Source of the DNA: Candidatus Poseidoniaceae archaeon
Lineage (GTDB): Archaea > Thermoplasmatota > Poseidoniia > Poseidoniales > Poseidoniaceae
Direction of reading: 5' to 3'
Assembly: GCA_943789275.1 (NCBI GenBank)
Contig: CALSTM010000003.1
Span: 515,935 to 579,934, forward strand
DNA: 64,000 nucleotides
Shown here: positions 28,652 to 38,481 of the stretch, in pieces
Layout: each line of letters opens with the position of its first letter
Numbering within the stretch: the first letter of the stretch is position 1
The notes under the pieces: model-generated
Told to the model about the DNA's origin: nothing
The model's database searches: none
The model's input: only the letters and a program-made list of their open reading frames with translations
Translations under genes and position numbers: made by a program

Positions 28652-29722
28652 ATGTTAAAAAAACCACACTTGATATATGGACAGCAGTGGATGGGTGATG
28701 TTGGAGTGGGTCAAGTGCGTTCAAGTTTCCTGTTGAGCAATCAAGATGACGTCGGTATGGCTGAACGCGTTCAATCTGCTTACATCGAATGTGAAGCCAT
28801 TGCCCGGGCAGCCTCGTCTTCGTTTTTCCGTTCCTTCCGACATCTACCAGAACCGAAGCGTAAAGCAGTCAATGCACTCTATGCCTTCTGCCGCCGAGTT
28901 GACGATATCGTCGATGGTGACTGGCTACCAGAAGGTGACTTGAGCCATCTTGATTCGCTCACTCGAACTCAAAGCGAAGTGCTTCTTGAACAACGTAAAT
29001 ACAACTCACTGTTCTCAAAACAAGAACACTTTGAGCGACTGCGTGCTCTCAACTCTTTCCGAGAAAACCTCGACCTTATCGAGGCAGGCAACAAAATGAA
29101 CGAACCCATGTTCATTGCCCTTGCCGATACTCTTCACCGCTATCCTATCGAGGTGGATCACCTCCGCGAACTCATCAACGGCATGGAAGATGATTTGTTT
29201 GAAACAACCTACGAACGTTTTGAGGATTTGCGCCGGTACTGCTACCGTGTCGCTTCTACTGTCGGTCTATGCTTGATTGAAATTTATGGATACAGCGACC
29301 CGAATGCCCGCCGTCACGCCGTCGAAATGGGAATTTTTCTCCAACTGGTTAATGTGCTCCGTGATATTCAAGAAGATTTGTCACGAAACCGCGTTTACAT
29401 TCCTTCAGAAGAGCTCGCTAAATTTGGCATCACCCAATCTGATTTGCGCGACCCAGCACTCGCAGGTACCAAATCCTGGCAGAACTTCATGCGCCACTAC
29501 ATTGACCACATTCACGCTCATCGAAAGAGCGCTCTTGGCCTGCTGCCGTTGCTCGACAAAGATGCCCGACGTTCTCCCCGATTGATGTGCATGGCTTACA
29601 ACGCCATATTGAGTGAAGCAATTCGCCGCAATGGAGATGTCCTGAGCCGTCGACTCACACTCAACTTCTACCGGAAGATGCAAGTTGCCTTCTCAACGTT
29701 GCTTTCGCCAAACTTTGACTGA
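28652..29722 (+). CDS. crtB: phytoene/squalene synthase family protein (likely phytoene synthase)
   Basis: YAFCRRVDDIVDG (first Asp-rich motif), YCYRVASTVG, VNVLRDIQEDLSRNRVYIP. The track ORF overlaps the ALDH gene; a start at M26 (28652) or later (28691/28757) is more plausible. Confidence 0.8.
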   Translation: MLKKPHLIYGQQWMGDVGVGQVRSSFLLSNQDDVGMAERVQSAYIECEAIARAASSSFFRSFRHLPEPKRKAVNALYAFCRRVDDIVDGDWLPEGDLSHLDSLTRTQSEVLLEQRKYNSLFSKQEHFERLRALNSFRENLDLIEAGNKMNEPMFIALADTLHRYPIEVDHLRELINGMEDDLFETTYERFEDLRRYCYRVASTVGLCLIEIYGYSDPNARRHAVEMGIFLQLVNVLRDIQEDLSRNRVYIPSEELAKFGITQSDLRDPALAGTKSWQNFMRHYIDHIHAHRKSALGLLPLLDKDARRSPRLMCMAYNAILSEAIRRNGDVLSRRLTLNFYRKMQVAFSTLLSPNFD

Positions 29723-29894
29723 TGAATCAACGTTGGAGCGAGTGTGAGTCTTGTTCATGCAAAGGGTACGAAACTGCAGATTGTTTTGGTATTCTTGTAA
29801 AGATTTGACCTTGAAACAGTCCATAGATCTACGTGTGTTCGTCTTCAGTTCATTCAATCAAAGACTGAACAGCGTGAATGAAACAAAAAGCGTA

Positions 29895-31268
29895 TCAGTT
29901 CTTCCACTTGCCAAGAGCATCTCTTAGAGCAGGTTCAAGTGTGGTATATTGAAACTCATACCCGCTTTCAGTAAGCCGGTTCGGTCGTATTTTACCGCTG
30001 TCAGTGGCTAGGGTTACGCCCATCTTTCCGAGCAGGAACCAAATGCCAATTGGTGGGACGGGAATAAACGATGGTCGCCACAGCACTTTGCCAAGAATTT
30101 TTGCAAACGTCTTTTGTCGAACGGGGTTCGGAGAACCAAAGTTGTAGACACCCTCACATTCTGGAGTCATCATCAAATGGTCGATAGCGTAGACTTGGTC
30201 GTCCATGGCAATCCAAGAATACCATTGCTTACCCCATCCAATTGGACCTCCGGCACCAAGTTGAGCAGGCAGCAACATCTTCTGAAGTACGCCACCGGTT
30301 GCATCCAGCACGAGGCTGGTACGGCAGTGTACGGTTCGCACACCTGCATCAATAGCGGCTTGCGCTGATTTTTCCCAAGCCACACACATGTCGGGTAGGA
30401 ACCCTTCACCGACAGCTGACTCTTCAGTCAATTCTTCATCGCCACGGCTACCGTAAATGCCCATTGCGCTTGAGACAATGAACACTTCAGGCTTGTTTTT
30501 GAGACCTGCAATGGTTGAAGCAAGGAGACTTGTGCTGTCAGTACGACTTTTTTCAAGAACGATTTTTCGCTGTTTTGTCCAGCGCTTGTCGCCAATACCC
30601 GCACCGCCCAAGTGGATGATGGCGTCAAAACCTTCGAGTTCTTCAGCGTTGATTTCCCCGTCACTTGGACTCCACTTAATTTGGTTTTTACCAGGCTCTT
30701 TACGAACAAGACGCCATACATCATGACCTGCGGTATCAAAGAACGCAATGAGTTGTCGACCAATAAGACCTGATGAGCCAGCAATCAGGATTTTCTTACG
30801 CTTGATGTGTGCGAAGTTGTTGTATCGTTTTGTATCCTTAGAAAGTCGTATTTCACGTGCTTTGAACATGCGTTGCAGCCTTTTACGCACGTTTCCTCCA
30901 CCAAAGACGCGTCCGAGTATACCCATTGGCAGCGTGTATTCAACATGGTCGTCAACTCTGCAGGTTCCGTTTTCTGTTTCAACAAAGGAATGGACGTGGT
31001 GCCACGTCTTGAACGGGCCTTTGATCATGGTATCTTCGAACTTATGCGGTGGTTCGTACCCCGAATGTTCGGCAATCCACTTCATCTTGATTGGGCCCAT
31101 TGGAAATTTGAAGGTGAGCCGTGTGCCGTCCTCCAGCGAAGAGAGTTCACCGACTTGCTCGGCTTTTTCCCACGGCGGCATGAGGCGTCGAAACGCTCCT
31201 TTTCGCTCGTGCCAAGCAAAGGTCTCTTCGACACTGGTCACAACTTCTGTAGAGTGCTTGAATTCCAC
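29895..31268 (-). CDS. fusion of an SRPBCC (START/polyketide-cyclase-like) domain and a YfcH-type NAD-dependent epimerase (TIGR01777/DUF1731-like)
   Basis: The N-terminal ~150 aa are SRPBCC-like. Then a Rossmann KKILIAGSSGLIGRQL and a C-terminal DUF1731-like region (WGKQWYSWIAMDDQVYAI). Convergent with crtB. Confidence 0.65.
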   Translation of the reverse strand: MEFKHSTEVVTSVEETFAWHERKGAFRRLMPPWEKAEQVGELSSLEDGTRLTFKFPMGPIKMKWIAEHSGYEPPHKFEDTMIKGPFKTWHHVHSFVETENGTCRVDDHVEYTLPMGILGRVFGGGNVRKRLQRMFKAREIRLSKDTKRYNNFAHIKRKKILIAGSSGLIGRQLIAFFDTAGHDVWRLVRKEPGKNQIKWSPSDGEINAEELEGFDAIIHLGGAGIGDKRWTKQRKIVLEKSRTDSTSLLASTIAGLKNKPEVFIVSSAMGIYGSRGDEELTEESAVGEGFLPDMCVAWEKSAQAAIDAGVRTVHCRTSLVLDATGGVLQKMLLPAQLGAGGPIGWGKQWYSWIAMDDQVYAIDHLMMTPECEGVYNFGSPNPVRQKTFAKILGKVLWRPSFIPVPPIGIWFLLGKMGVTLATDSGKIRPNRLTESGYEFQYTTLEPALRDALGKWKN

Positions 31269-31277
31269 TTTCTCACC

Positions 31278-32774
31278 TCAATAACGGTATTCTTGAAGGT
31301 ACGGTTTCAAGTCGAACTTGCGTCGCGTGTTTGCAGATGACATATAGCGAATCTTTCCAAAAATTGCACGTTCAGGACCCCATGCTCTGTCGTGTCGGCC
31401 AAGAACCCAGAAAATTCCCGTGTACGAGTTCGGGTCGCGACCGTCCAAAGCATAACAATCGTTGAGTTCAATCATCCATTCAGCAGCGATTTGGGGCGAT
31501 GGAGACCATTCAAGAATTCTTTTCCCCCACAGCATTCTTAGATAATTATGGATGATGCCGTCACGGACCAATTGTCGCTGTGCAGCGTTCCAAATCTCGT
31601 CGTGTGTATCGGCTTCTTTGATTTGTTTGAGGGTGTACTGAACACGTTCGTCGCTTGCGTGTTCCATGAGGGTTGTCTTTGCCCAGTCCGGAAGGGATTC
31701 GTATTGGTTGTGTTCAGGAATATGATAGGCGTTGTTAAACCCAAGTTCTCTCCACGTGATGATTTGGTCGAGGAAGCTTTCAACGGCTCGGTCAAGGTTC
31801 CACCATCCTTCTCTTGAGCCCTTTCGAGGCATCTGGATGGTTTCAGGGTCCCAGTTGTTGGTCACTAAAATTTGCTGAATCACTTCAACGGTGGAGATGT
31901 GTCCGAAGTGGAACCACGGAGAAAGACCACTGGTAGCAGGGGATTTCACTTGATTCCGGTCATCAGCATACCTGTAAAGTCGGTTTGAGAGGAATTCTTG
32001 AAGCATTCGAACAGAGGTGCTTCGACCTCCGCGTGCATGAGGTACGGGCGGTACAGAATGGTCAATGTCGATGGTTGACAATGCATCACGGCCTGAACTA
32101 CCAGGTTCACTGGCGCGCCAGAGCCATTCAAACGGTGTGACGTTGAACTCCCAACGCTCACAAAGCGAGGAGTACAGTTCGTCGTCAAGCCAAAGCGAAT
32201 GGTCTTTGGAAACGGGATTGAATTGAGGCCAAGTTTCCATACATTCGACGAAATTTTGGTGGACGAATCTGCGGAATCCATGGGCCGTTGGATAGGCCCG
32301 CTCAGTCCAAGACATAGGGAACACACCGTTGGAGTCAACAGCGACCATGTTTCGGGCTATTGAACGGCTTGCGTGGCGAACTGCCTTGGATGGGAAGTAC
32401 GTCGGGAAGTCGTCGGTGACAATCATCACGGCCTCTTTGGACAGGTCGTGGAGTTTGCCTGTGTGGCCGCTGAGTGGTGTCTCAACCCACGGCACATATC
32501 GGATGTTGTTGTCTTTGAAAATGCGAATGTTTTCGAGCATGCCCTGAATCATGAATGTGCAAATTCTGTCGTTTGCGTACTGGTGACTGGTGGATATCTC
32601 TTCAAGGACCAGCAAAGGTACGCCGTGTTGCTCGGCGAGGTGTGCTGCGTATTCAAGCGCAGCATTGCTGTTGAATCTTCGGCTGGAAATCATCCAGTAG
32701 AGGACGTATTTCCCTTCGGTGTTTACCGGTTTTTGATTGCATGACCTTACTCGGTCAATGAGTCGAGGGTTCAT
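31278..32774 (-). CDS. phr: deoxyribodipyrimidine photolyase, class II CPD type
   Basis: N-terminus MNPRLIDRVR...KYVLYWMISSRR resembles class II photolyases, with a FAD-binding C-terminal half (WWNLDRAVESFLDQIITWRELGFN, GIIHNYLRMLWGK). A start at M6 gives an ATGA overlap with the Nudix gene stop. Confidence 0.85.
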   Translation of the reverse strand: MNPRLIDRVRSCNQKPVNTEGKYVLYWMISSRRFNSNAALEYAAHLAEQHGVPLLVLEEISTSHQYANDRICTFMIQGMLENIRIFKDNNIRYVPWVETPLSGHTGKLHDLSKEAVMIVTDDFPTYFPSKAVRHASRSIARNMVAVDSNGVFPMSWTERAYPTAHGFRRFVHQNFVECMETWPQFNPVSKDHSLWLDDELYSSLCERWEFNVTPFEWLWRASEPGSSGRDALSTIDIDHSVPPVPHARGGRSTSVRMLQEFLSNRLYRYADDRNQVKSPATSGLSPWFHFGHISTVEVIQQILVTNNWDPETIQMPRKGSREGWWNLDRAVESFLDQIITWRELGFNNAYHIPEHNQYESLPDWAKTTLMEHASDERVQYTLKQIKEADTHDEIWNAAQRQLVRDGIIHNYLRMLWGKRILEWSPSPQIAAEWMIELNDCYALDGRDPNSYTGIFWVLGRHDRAWGPERAIFGKIRYMSSANTRRKFDLKPYLQEYRY

Positions 32775-33262
32775 GCTTCTCCACCCCATGTCTTCGGTAG
32801 CGTGTGAAGCATGTACGGGTGGCCACGGGTGTTCTCGTAATCGATGGTACGCAGTGCCTGATTGGAATTGACAGCGGAGAGTGCCATTGAATGCATGGCA
32901 TCGCTGATCCAGTTGAGAGAGTCGAACTCGTCAGCGTTCACAAATCGTGTTTCGACGACTTCTTCACCAGGGGTCGGGTTTTCATTTTCCTTCAGTTCAA
33001 CCAGGTAGGCTATGAAAATGGCAGGTACGCCCTCAAGCAGGCGCTCTCGAACGGATTGTACACCAACGACGCGGCCATCGACTTCGCATTCTTCAGAAAG
33101 TTCACGCAGGACAGCATGGCTTGGTAGCTCACTCTTGTTGACGTATCCTTTAGGAAGGCCCCAGCAGTTCTTGTAGCGACCGTGCGCCTCTTGTACGAGC
33201 AGAATACTTCGGGATCTGCGGACAATTGCCGCAACTCCTAAATCGCATTCCACGGTGTGCAT
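32771..33262 (-). CDS. NUDIX hydrolase
   Basis: Nudix box GLPKGYVNKSELPSHAVLRELSEECEV. Start likely at M20 (33262); the track start at 33319 is the alternative. Translationally coupled to phr. Confidence 0.75.
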   Translation of the reverse strand: MHTVECDLGVAAIVRRSRSILLVQEAHGRYKNCWGLPKGYVNKSELPSHAVLRELSEECEVDGRVVGVQSVRERLLEGVPAIFIAYLVELKENENPTPGEEVVETRFVNADEFDSLNWISDAMHSMALSAVNSNQALRTIDYENTRGHPYMLHTLPKTWGGEA

Positions 33263-33356
33263 AAAGAACAGTTTTCGAGCAGAGGTTATAAAGAAGTGTT
33301 TTTGGAAATCGAGGTTCAATACACTCTTTTATAATCAGTTTAGCAAACCTCAAATC
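33263..33356. promoter_or_regulatory. divergent AT-rich promoter region (nudix-phr leftward, ribA rightward) with TATA-like TTATAAAG and TTTTATAATC
   Basis: Read from sequence. Archaeal TATA-box-like elements ~25-30 nt upstream of the candidate starts. Confidence 0.3.
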
Positions 33357-33989
33357 ATGAACAAGAACTACAACCTTGATATCAAGAACTATAACCTTGC
33401 CAAAGACATCAAATCAGACGCTATACTTCCTACCGAAGAAGGTAATTTTAGAATGCGCGTCTTCGTTGACGACGCTGGAGCTGAACACAGCATACTCTCC
33501 GTTGGACTTGATGACACGACGAAATCTCCACTGGTACGCATCCATTCTGAATGTTTGACTGGTGATGCATTTGGTTCGCTTAAGTGTGACTGTGGACCAC
33601 AGTTGCGTGCTGCAATGAAGCGTATACAAGAAGAAGGATGCGGTGCTGTTGTTTACATGCGACAAGAAGGTCGCGGTATTGGCCTTGAAGCAAAGATACG
33701 CGCTTACGCACTACAAGACTTGGGAATGGATACGCTTGATGCAAACCTCGCGCTCAATTTGCCGGCCGATGGACGTGAATACGACTTCAGCGCACACATG
33801 CTCAAGCAAGTCGGCGTCTCGAAAGTCCGGTTGATGACCAACAATCCTCTCAAAATCGAAGGGCTTCGTTCAAACGGTATCTCGATCGGTGAACGTGTCC
33901 CTCACATCACCGGTCGATGCAAAACCAACAACCATTATCTTTCCACGAAGGCAAAGCGTATGGGTCACTTAATTCCAGAACAAGCATAG
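33357..33989 (+). CDS. ribA: GTP cyclohydrolase II
   Basis: RIHSECLTGDAFGSLKCDCGPQL zinc/catalytic motif and YMRQEGRGIGL. The true start is likely the ATG at 33357 (MNKNYNL...). Confidence 0.85.
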   Translation: MNKNYNLDIKNYNLAKDIKSDAILPTEEGNFRMRVFVDDAGAEHSILSVGLDDTTKSPLVRIHSECLTGDAFGSLKCDCGPQLRAAMKRIQEEGCGAVVYMRQEGRGIGLEAKIRAYALQDLGMDTLDANLALNLPADGREYDFSAHMLKQVGVSKVRLMTNNPLKIEGLRSNGISIGERVPHITGRCKTNNHYLSTKAKRMGHLIPEQA

Positions 33990-34024
33990 TACTACTTTAC
34001 AAGTACAACTCTTGAGGCAGTGGT

Positions 34025-34504
34025 ATGGGAAACAAACTTGTCGGTCAGACAGCACCCAATTTCACGCTTCCATCGACGACCGAGGAAACCATTTCGTTGG
34101 CCGATTATGACGACAAATGGAAAGTTCTGTTCTTCTATGCTAAGGACGGCTCCCCAACCTGTAAGCGCGGGTGTTTGACGTTCAAGGAACAGTTCGATTT
34201 GTTCCAATCGCTGACCCCTCCGGTCGAAGTGATTGGAATCAGCCAAGATTCTCTTGAAGACCACCGCCGTTTCAAATCTGAACTGAATTTACCTTTTGCA
34301 CTCTTGAGCGACCCTGACCGCGAGGTTGCCGATGCATACGGCGTACCCGTTCACCTCGGTATTTTCCCAAGCAAGTCTTCGTTCCTCATCGGACCGGACC
34401 GCAAGGTCCACTATTGTTACGACTGGCTCTTCCGACCACGCCGTCACGTTGCTCGGATTCTTGATGCATTCAGTTCCCTCTCATCCGGAGGAGAAATGAA
34501 ATGA
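34025..34504 (+). CDS. bcp: peroxiredoxin, Bcp/AhpC-TSA thioredoxin-fold family
   Basis: VLFFYAKDGSPTCKRGC peroxidatic Cys motif; 159 aa. ATGA overlap with the downstream regulator. Confidence 0.85.
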   Translation: MGNKLVGQTAPNFTLPSTTEETISLADYDDKWKVLFFYAKDGSPTCKRGCLTFKEQFDLFQSLTPPVEVIGISQDSLEDHRRFKSELNLPFALLSDPDREVADAYGVPVHLGIFPSKSSFLIGPDRKVHYCYDWLFRPRRHVARILDAFSSLSSGGEMK

Positions 34505-35904
34505 ATTGGACCGAATTGTTCCAAGATGCCGGATTGTCCGAGCGAGAAGCGCGCTCCGTTGTTCTCCTCTCGACCTCAAAAGAACTCAAAGCAAGCGAGT
34601 TGGCAAAGAAACTCGGCACCAACCGCCTTGATGCATACAACTCATTGTCAAGACTCACCGAAATTGGCTTGGTTAGCGTTACTGCCGACCGACCTATGCG
34701 CTTTTCTTGTTCGTCGCTTCCGGTTTTATTCAAGCGCCTCATTAAAGACCAGCGCGAGCGAATTGACCGTACCAGCCAATCGTTTGACAAACTGATGTCC
34801 GGTGCTAAATCCGACTATGAAGAAGAAAAAGACAGTGAATCTGGAGAAACGAACGCTCGATTTGCTGTGCTAAAAGGTCGAGAACACATTCACAAGAAGA
34901 TTGCGAACTTTGCTGATGAGGCCGAAGAGCGCCTCACACTGCTTCTCGGCCGATTTGGCATACTCCATCTCTGCCGTTCATCCGGCCTCGCTGAAGTAAA
35001 TTCAGCCTCTCAACGTGGCGTCGTAGTGACCGTTCTTGCCCAACTTGATCGAAGAACAATACGATTCTACGACCAACTCGATGATGCCATTGAGGTTCGT
35101 CACACCGATGAAATCAATTCCTTGGGTGTTCTGCAGGATACGAACAACGTCATTCAATTCCTCCATGTCGAGGAAAACCCCGTTGGACGAGGCCGAGAAG
35201 ATGCTGCACTGGTCATCAACTCCGATGTATTCAGCAGTTCTCATTCGGATTTCGTTTCCGCAATTTGGAACAAGGCTGTGGATTTTGAAAGTGCAAAGAA
35301 GCGCTTTACTGAAGAGCGAATCGTCGACCCGTTGCGACTTACCGTTGGACAAGGTTCGTTCCTTGATCAATTCCGCGATGCACTTCAAGTCAGTACCGAA
35401 CTTCCCGAAAAAGATACGCCGTTCAACCCTGAATCGTTCCTCGCATCAACGCGTGGCATCAATCAAGCACGTACCGCGTTGCAAGAAGGAACCGTCCAAA
35501 GCCTCAACCAGCTTGGCATAGACATCAACACCATGTTGCGTCAAGTTGGACAACGCATCGGCGAAGAATTGACCTTCAGTCTTCGAAAAATCGAAGGTCA
35601 TGTTGAATACCTCAATGAATTGATGGACTGGTGGGAACATGCTGGGCTGGGAGAACTCGATTACGACAGTGACCCGTTTTTCCACATCATCGTCAAACTT
35701 GCTCACCCTGCAAACACCGATTCGAAAGAGGCATTACCACTTTGGGAACTTGACGACGGAATCATCCAAGGTGCGCTGCTTGCTCGATATCCTGACAACG
35801 GTAATGTCCGTGTTCGCCGAGAAGCCGTCGAAGGTAGCGATGAACCAACATGGCGTTACACATTGATTTTCATCGATGAAGAATTGGACGAAGAATCGGA
35901 TTGA
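34501..35904 (+). CDS. TrmB-family transcriptional regulator (N-terminal wHTH plus large C-terminal domain)
   Basis: N-terminal TrmB-like wHTH (LSEREARSVVLLSTSKELKASELAKKLGTNRLDAYNSLSRLTEIGLVSV). 467 aa. Translationally coupled to bcp. Confidence 0.6.
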   Translation: MNWTELFQDAGLSEREARSVVLLSTSKELKASELAKKLGTNRLDAYNSLSRLTEIGLVSVTADRPMRFSCSSLPVLFKRLIKDQRERIDRTSQSFDKLMSGAKSDYEEEKDSESGETNARFAVLKGREHIHKKIANFADEAEERLTLLLGRFGILHLCRSSGLAEVNSASQRGVVVTVLAQLDRRTIRFYDQLDDAIEVRHTDEINSLGVLQDTNNVIQFLHVEENPVGRGREDAALVINSDVFSSSHSDFVSAIWNKAVDFESAKKRFTEERIVDPLRLTVGQGSFLDQFRDALQVSTELPEKDTPFNPESFLASTRGINQARTALQEGTVQSLNQLGIDINTMLRQVGQRIGEELTFSLRKIEGHVEYLNELMDWWEHAGLGELDYDSDPFFHIIVKLAHPANTDSKEALPLWELDDGIIQGALLARYPDNGNVRVRREAVEGSDEPTWRYTLIFIDEELDEESD

Positions 35905-35946
35905 GAAAAAACATCCTTTGATAAGCCGTTGTCCTGAAAACGGTGT

Positions 35947-37164
35947 ATGCGAGCATTCACTTTCTTTCGCTTTATGCGACAAATTTTGCGGAAGAAACCC
36001 GCTGACCTTGACTGGATTCAACGTCAAGGCCTCATCGCAGTGAAATTAGCTCAAATCTTCGCTCTCCGTCCGGATTTACTCGGTGTCGAAAAATGCCGCC
36101 AACTGCAACAATTGTATCAGCATGCTGCGTCCATTGAATCTGAGAACTTGCACGAAACCATCGCCAAAAAAGCACCGAAAGGTTTCACCGATGCGTTTGA
36201 TTTCATCGACGACCAACCCCTTGCAGCAGCATCGGTAGGTCAAGTCCATCGTGGGCGACTGAAGACGGGCGAAGAAGTCGTTATCAAATTCATTAAGCAG
36301 ACAAACGCCGTTGAATTCAAGAAAGAAGTAACTCGAATGCGTCGATGGTTGCGAATATTCCTCATCTTTGCGCCAAAACTCCGAAAGGTTGGCAACCCAA
36401 TGGCGTTGATCAATCACGTTGCGGATTATACATTGAGAGAACTCGACTTGCGCAACGAAATCAAAGGGGCAGATGAACTCAAGGGCATTCAGACTTCCTT
36501 GTCCAACGACTTCGAAATGTCACTGCTTCGATTCCCAGTGTACTATTCTGAACTGTCCAACCAAGACATCCTTGTCTCTGAATACATCGAAGGAATGTCA
36601 CTGGAAGAAGGCATCGAGGAAAAATCGCTCAGTTGGGATTTCCTGCTTCAGTTCTTCCGCATACACGGTGCTTTCTTGTTCGGAATTGGTACCTTCCACG
36701 GCGACCTTCATCCAGGGAACTGTATCGTGGACAAAGACGGAAAATTCGTGTTCATCGATAACGGAGCAATATGCCATGCGCCGAAACATGTTGCGCACTC
36801 GCTGTTTACTTTCTTCGACCACCTGTCTCGCCAAGAACGGCAAGAGGCATTCACGGCGTTGCTTGCCATGACCGAAGTCACACCAAACGAAAAGAAACTC
36901 AAGAAGTATTATTCGACGATGGGCGAAATATACCACGACTTTGAGAACAAGCCGGTTGGTGAACAAAGCCTCACCCGTATCATGATGAAAACGGTCCGTG
37001 CTGCGGTAGAACACGCAGGAGCGAACTTTGGTGAGGAAGCCTTCCCGATTATTCGAGCGCTGATGTACCTTGACGGTCTTGTCATACGAACACACCCTGA
37101 TGCTTTGCTTATTCAATCGATGGGGCCTTTCTTGGAAGAGTTCAAAGAAAAACTGAACATTTGA
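35947..37164 (+). CDS. ABC1/UbiB-family atypical protein kinase (aarF domain)
   Basis: IQRQGLIAVKLAQIFALRPDLL, AAASVGQVHRGRL, HGDLHPGNCIV catalytic loop; 405 aa. Confidence 0.85.
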   Translation: MRAFTFFRFMRQILRKKPADLDWIQRQGLIAVKLAQIFALRPDLLGVEKCRQLQQLYQHAASIESENLHETIAKKAPKGFTDAFDFIDDQPLAAASVGQVHRGRLKTGEEVVIKFIKQTNAVEFKKEVTRMRRWLRIFLIFAPKLRKVGNPMALINHVADYTLRELDLRNEIKGADELKGIQTSLSNDFEMSLLRFPVYYSELSNQDILVSEYIEGMSLEEGIEEKSLSWDFLLQFFRIHGAFLFGIGTFHGDLHPGNCIVDKDGKFVFIDNGAICHAPKHVAHSLFTFFDHLSRQERQEAFTALLAMTEVTPNEKKLKKYYSTMGEIYHDFENKPVGEQSLTRIMMKTVRAAVEHAGANFGEEAFPIIRALMYLDGLVIRTHPDALLIQSMGPFLEEFKEKLNI

Positions 37165-37170
37165 GGTGGT

Positions 37171-38424
37171 ATGTTGAGCCAATCGATCGCAGTTCTCGGC
37201 GCAGGATTGTCTGGACTTCGATGCGCTGCAATCTTACATGAGGCGGGTTTTGATGTTCAGGTCTACGAAAAAGCAGACCGCATTGGTGGACGAATGACGA
37301 CCGATAAAGTCAACGGATTTTTACTTGACCATGGCTTTCATGTGATGCAATCCGCCTATCCGACTTCGAAGCGTGCCTTTGATTTCCAGAAACTTGGTGC
37401 TCAAGCGTTTGAGCCCGGCGCGGTTGTCGTTCAACGCAAGAAAGGCAAGGCCAAGTTTTGGCGTTTAGCCGACCCTTTCCGACGACCGATCCAAGGTCTT
37501 GCAGGCGGATTGAACGGTTTTGCTTCGCAGTTTGATTTGCTGCGCGTTGCTCGTTTACGCCATTCGGTCCGTCGAGGAAACCTTGAGCGAGTATTTGAGG
37601 GGGACGATAAGGAAACCAGCACCATGCTGCGCAAGAGAGGATTCTCACAATCCATGATTGACCGATTCTTTCATCCGCTTTTTTCCGGTATTTTTCTTGA
37701 AAAGGACCTGCGAACAAACGAGAGAATGTTTCGGTTCGTCTTCAGAATGATGTCGGAAGGTGACATGGTTCTACCAAAAGATGGTATTGCCGCAGCCCCC
37801 CGCTTTTTGGCTGATGTGCTCGGCGACCAACGCATCCATTTGAGCACTGAGGCCGAACTTCTTGATGAGCACACCCTGCGAATTGGTGGTCAGGAAAAAA
37901 CGTTTGACGCCGTCGTTCATGCTTACAATCCTCGACGGAGTGAAAGCAAGCGCCATGTTTGGACGCTGCATTTTGATGCACCCACATCGCCTTTCACTTC
38001 CAACCACATCATGCTCAACGGCGATGTCAAACTCCACAATCAATTGATTGCCCACATCGCCGTTCCCTCCGATGTACAGCCCAGTTATGCACCTGAGGGC
38101 CGTTCACTGGTTACCGTCACCATCGTTGGTGAAACTGCAGATTCCTTGGGCCTCACCGACGCAAACCAAGTGCTTGATGTAGCTACAAAGGAATTACGTT
38201 CATGGTTCGGCTCCGAAGTAGATGCATGGCAAACCTTAGCCACTCAACACATTGAACACGCTTTACCAGAAGTTGCAGCCGGCACTGCACTTACCGGTCA
38301 ATCATCAGCAACCGAAGGTCCGTTCGTATGCGGAGACCACACCGTGCATGGGAGCGTCGAAGGGGCCCTGCTTTCGGCGGAGAAAACTTCTCAGCGAATT
38401 ATTGAGACGTTCTCTTCCAGTTGA
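37171..38424 (+). CDS. FAD/NAD(P)-binding oxidoreductase (amine oxidase/phytoene-desaturase-like superfamily)
   Basis: N-terminal dinucleotide fold IAVLGAGLSGLRCAAILHEAGFDVQVYEKADRIGGRM. 417 aa, shorter than CrtI, so the exact activity is unclear. Confidence 0.7.
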   Translation: MLSQSIAVLGAGLSGLRCAAILHEAGFDVQVYEKADRIGGRMTTDKVNGFLLDHGFHVMQSAYPTSKRAFDFQKLGAQAFEPGAVVVQRKKGKAKFWRLADPFRRPIQGLAGGLNGFASQFDLLRVARLRHSVRRGNLERVFEGDDKETSTMLRKRGFSQSMIDRFFHPLFSGIFLEKDLRTNERMFRFVFRMMSEGDMVLPKDGIAAAPRFLADVLGDQRIHLSTEAELLDEHTLRIGGQEKTFDAVVHAYNPRRSESKRHVWTLHFDAPTSPFTSNHIMLNGDVKLHNQLIAHIAVPSDVQPSYAPEGRSLVTVTIVGETADSLGLTDANQVLDVATKELRSWFGSEVDAWQTLATQHIEHALPEVAAGTALTGQSSATEGPFVCGDHTVHGSVEGALLSAEKTSQRIIETFSSS

Positions 38425-38481
38425 ACAACGGCCATTTTTCCCGACCGATGAAGAAAAGAAGTCGGCCCTCTTGGACAAGGT

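Noticed and set aside
36598-37182. 194-aa minus-strand ORF
   Set aside because: Antisense to the ABC1/UbiB kinase gene. No motifs.
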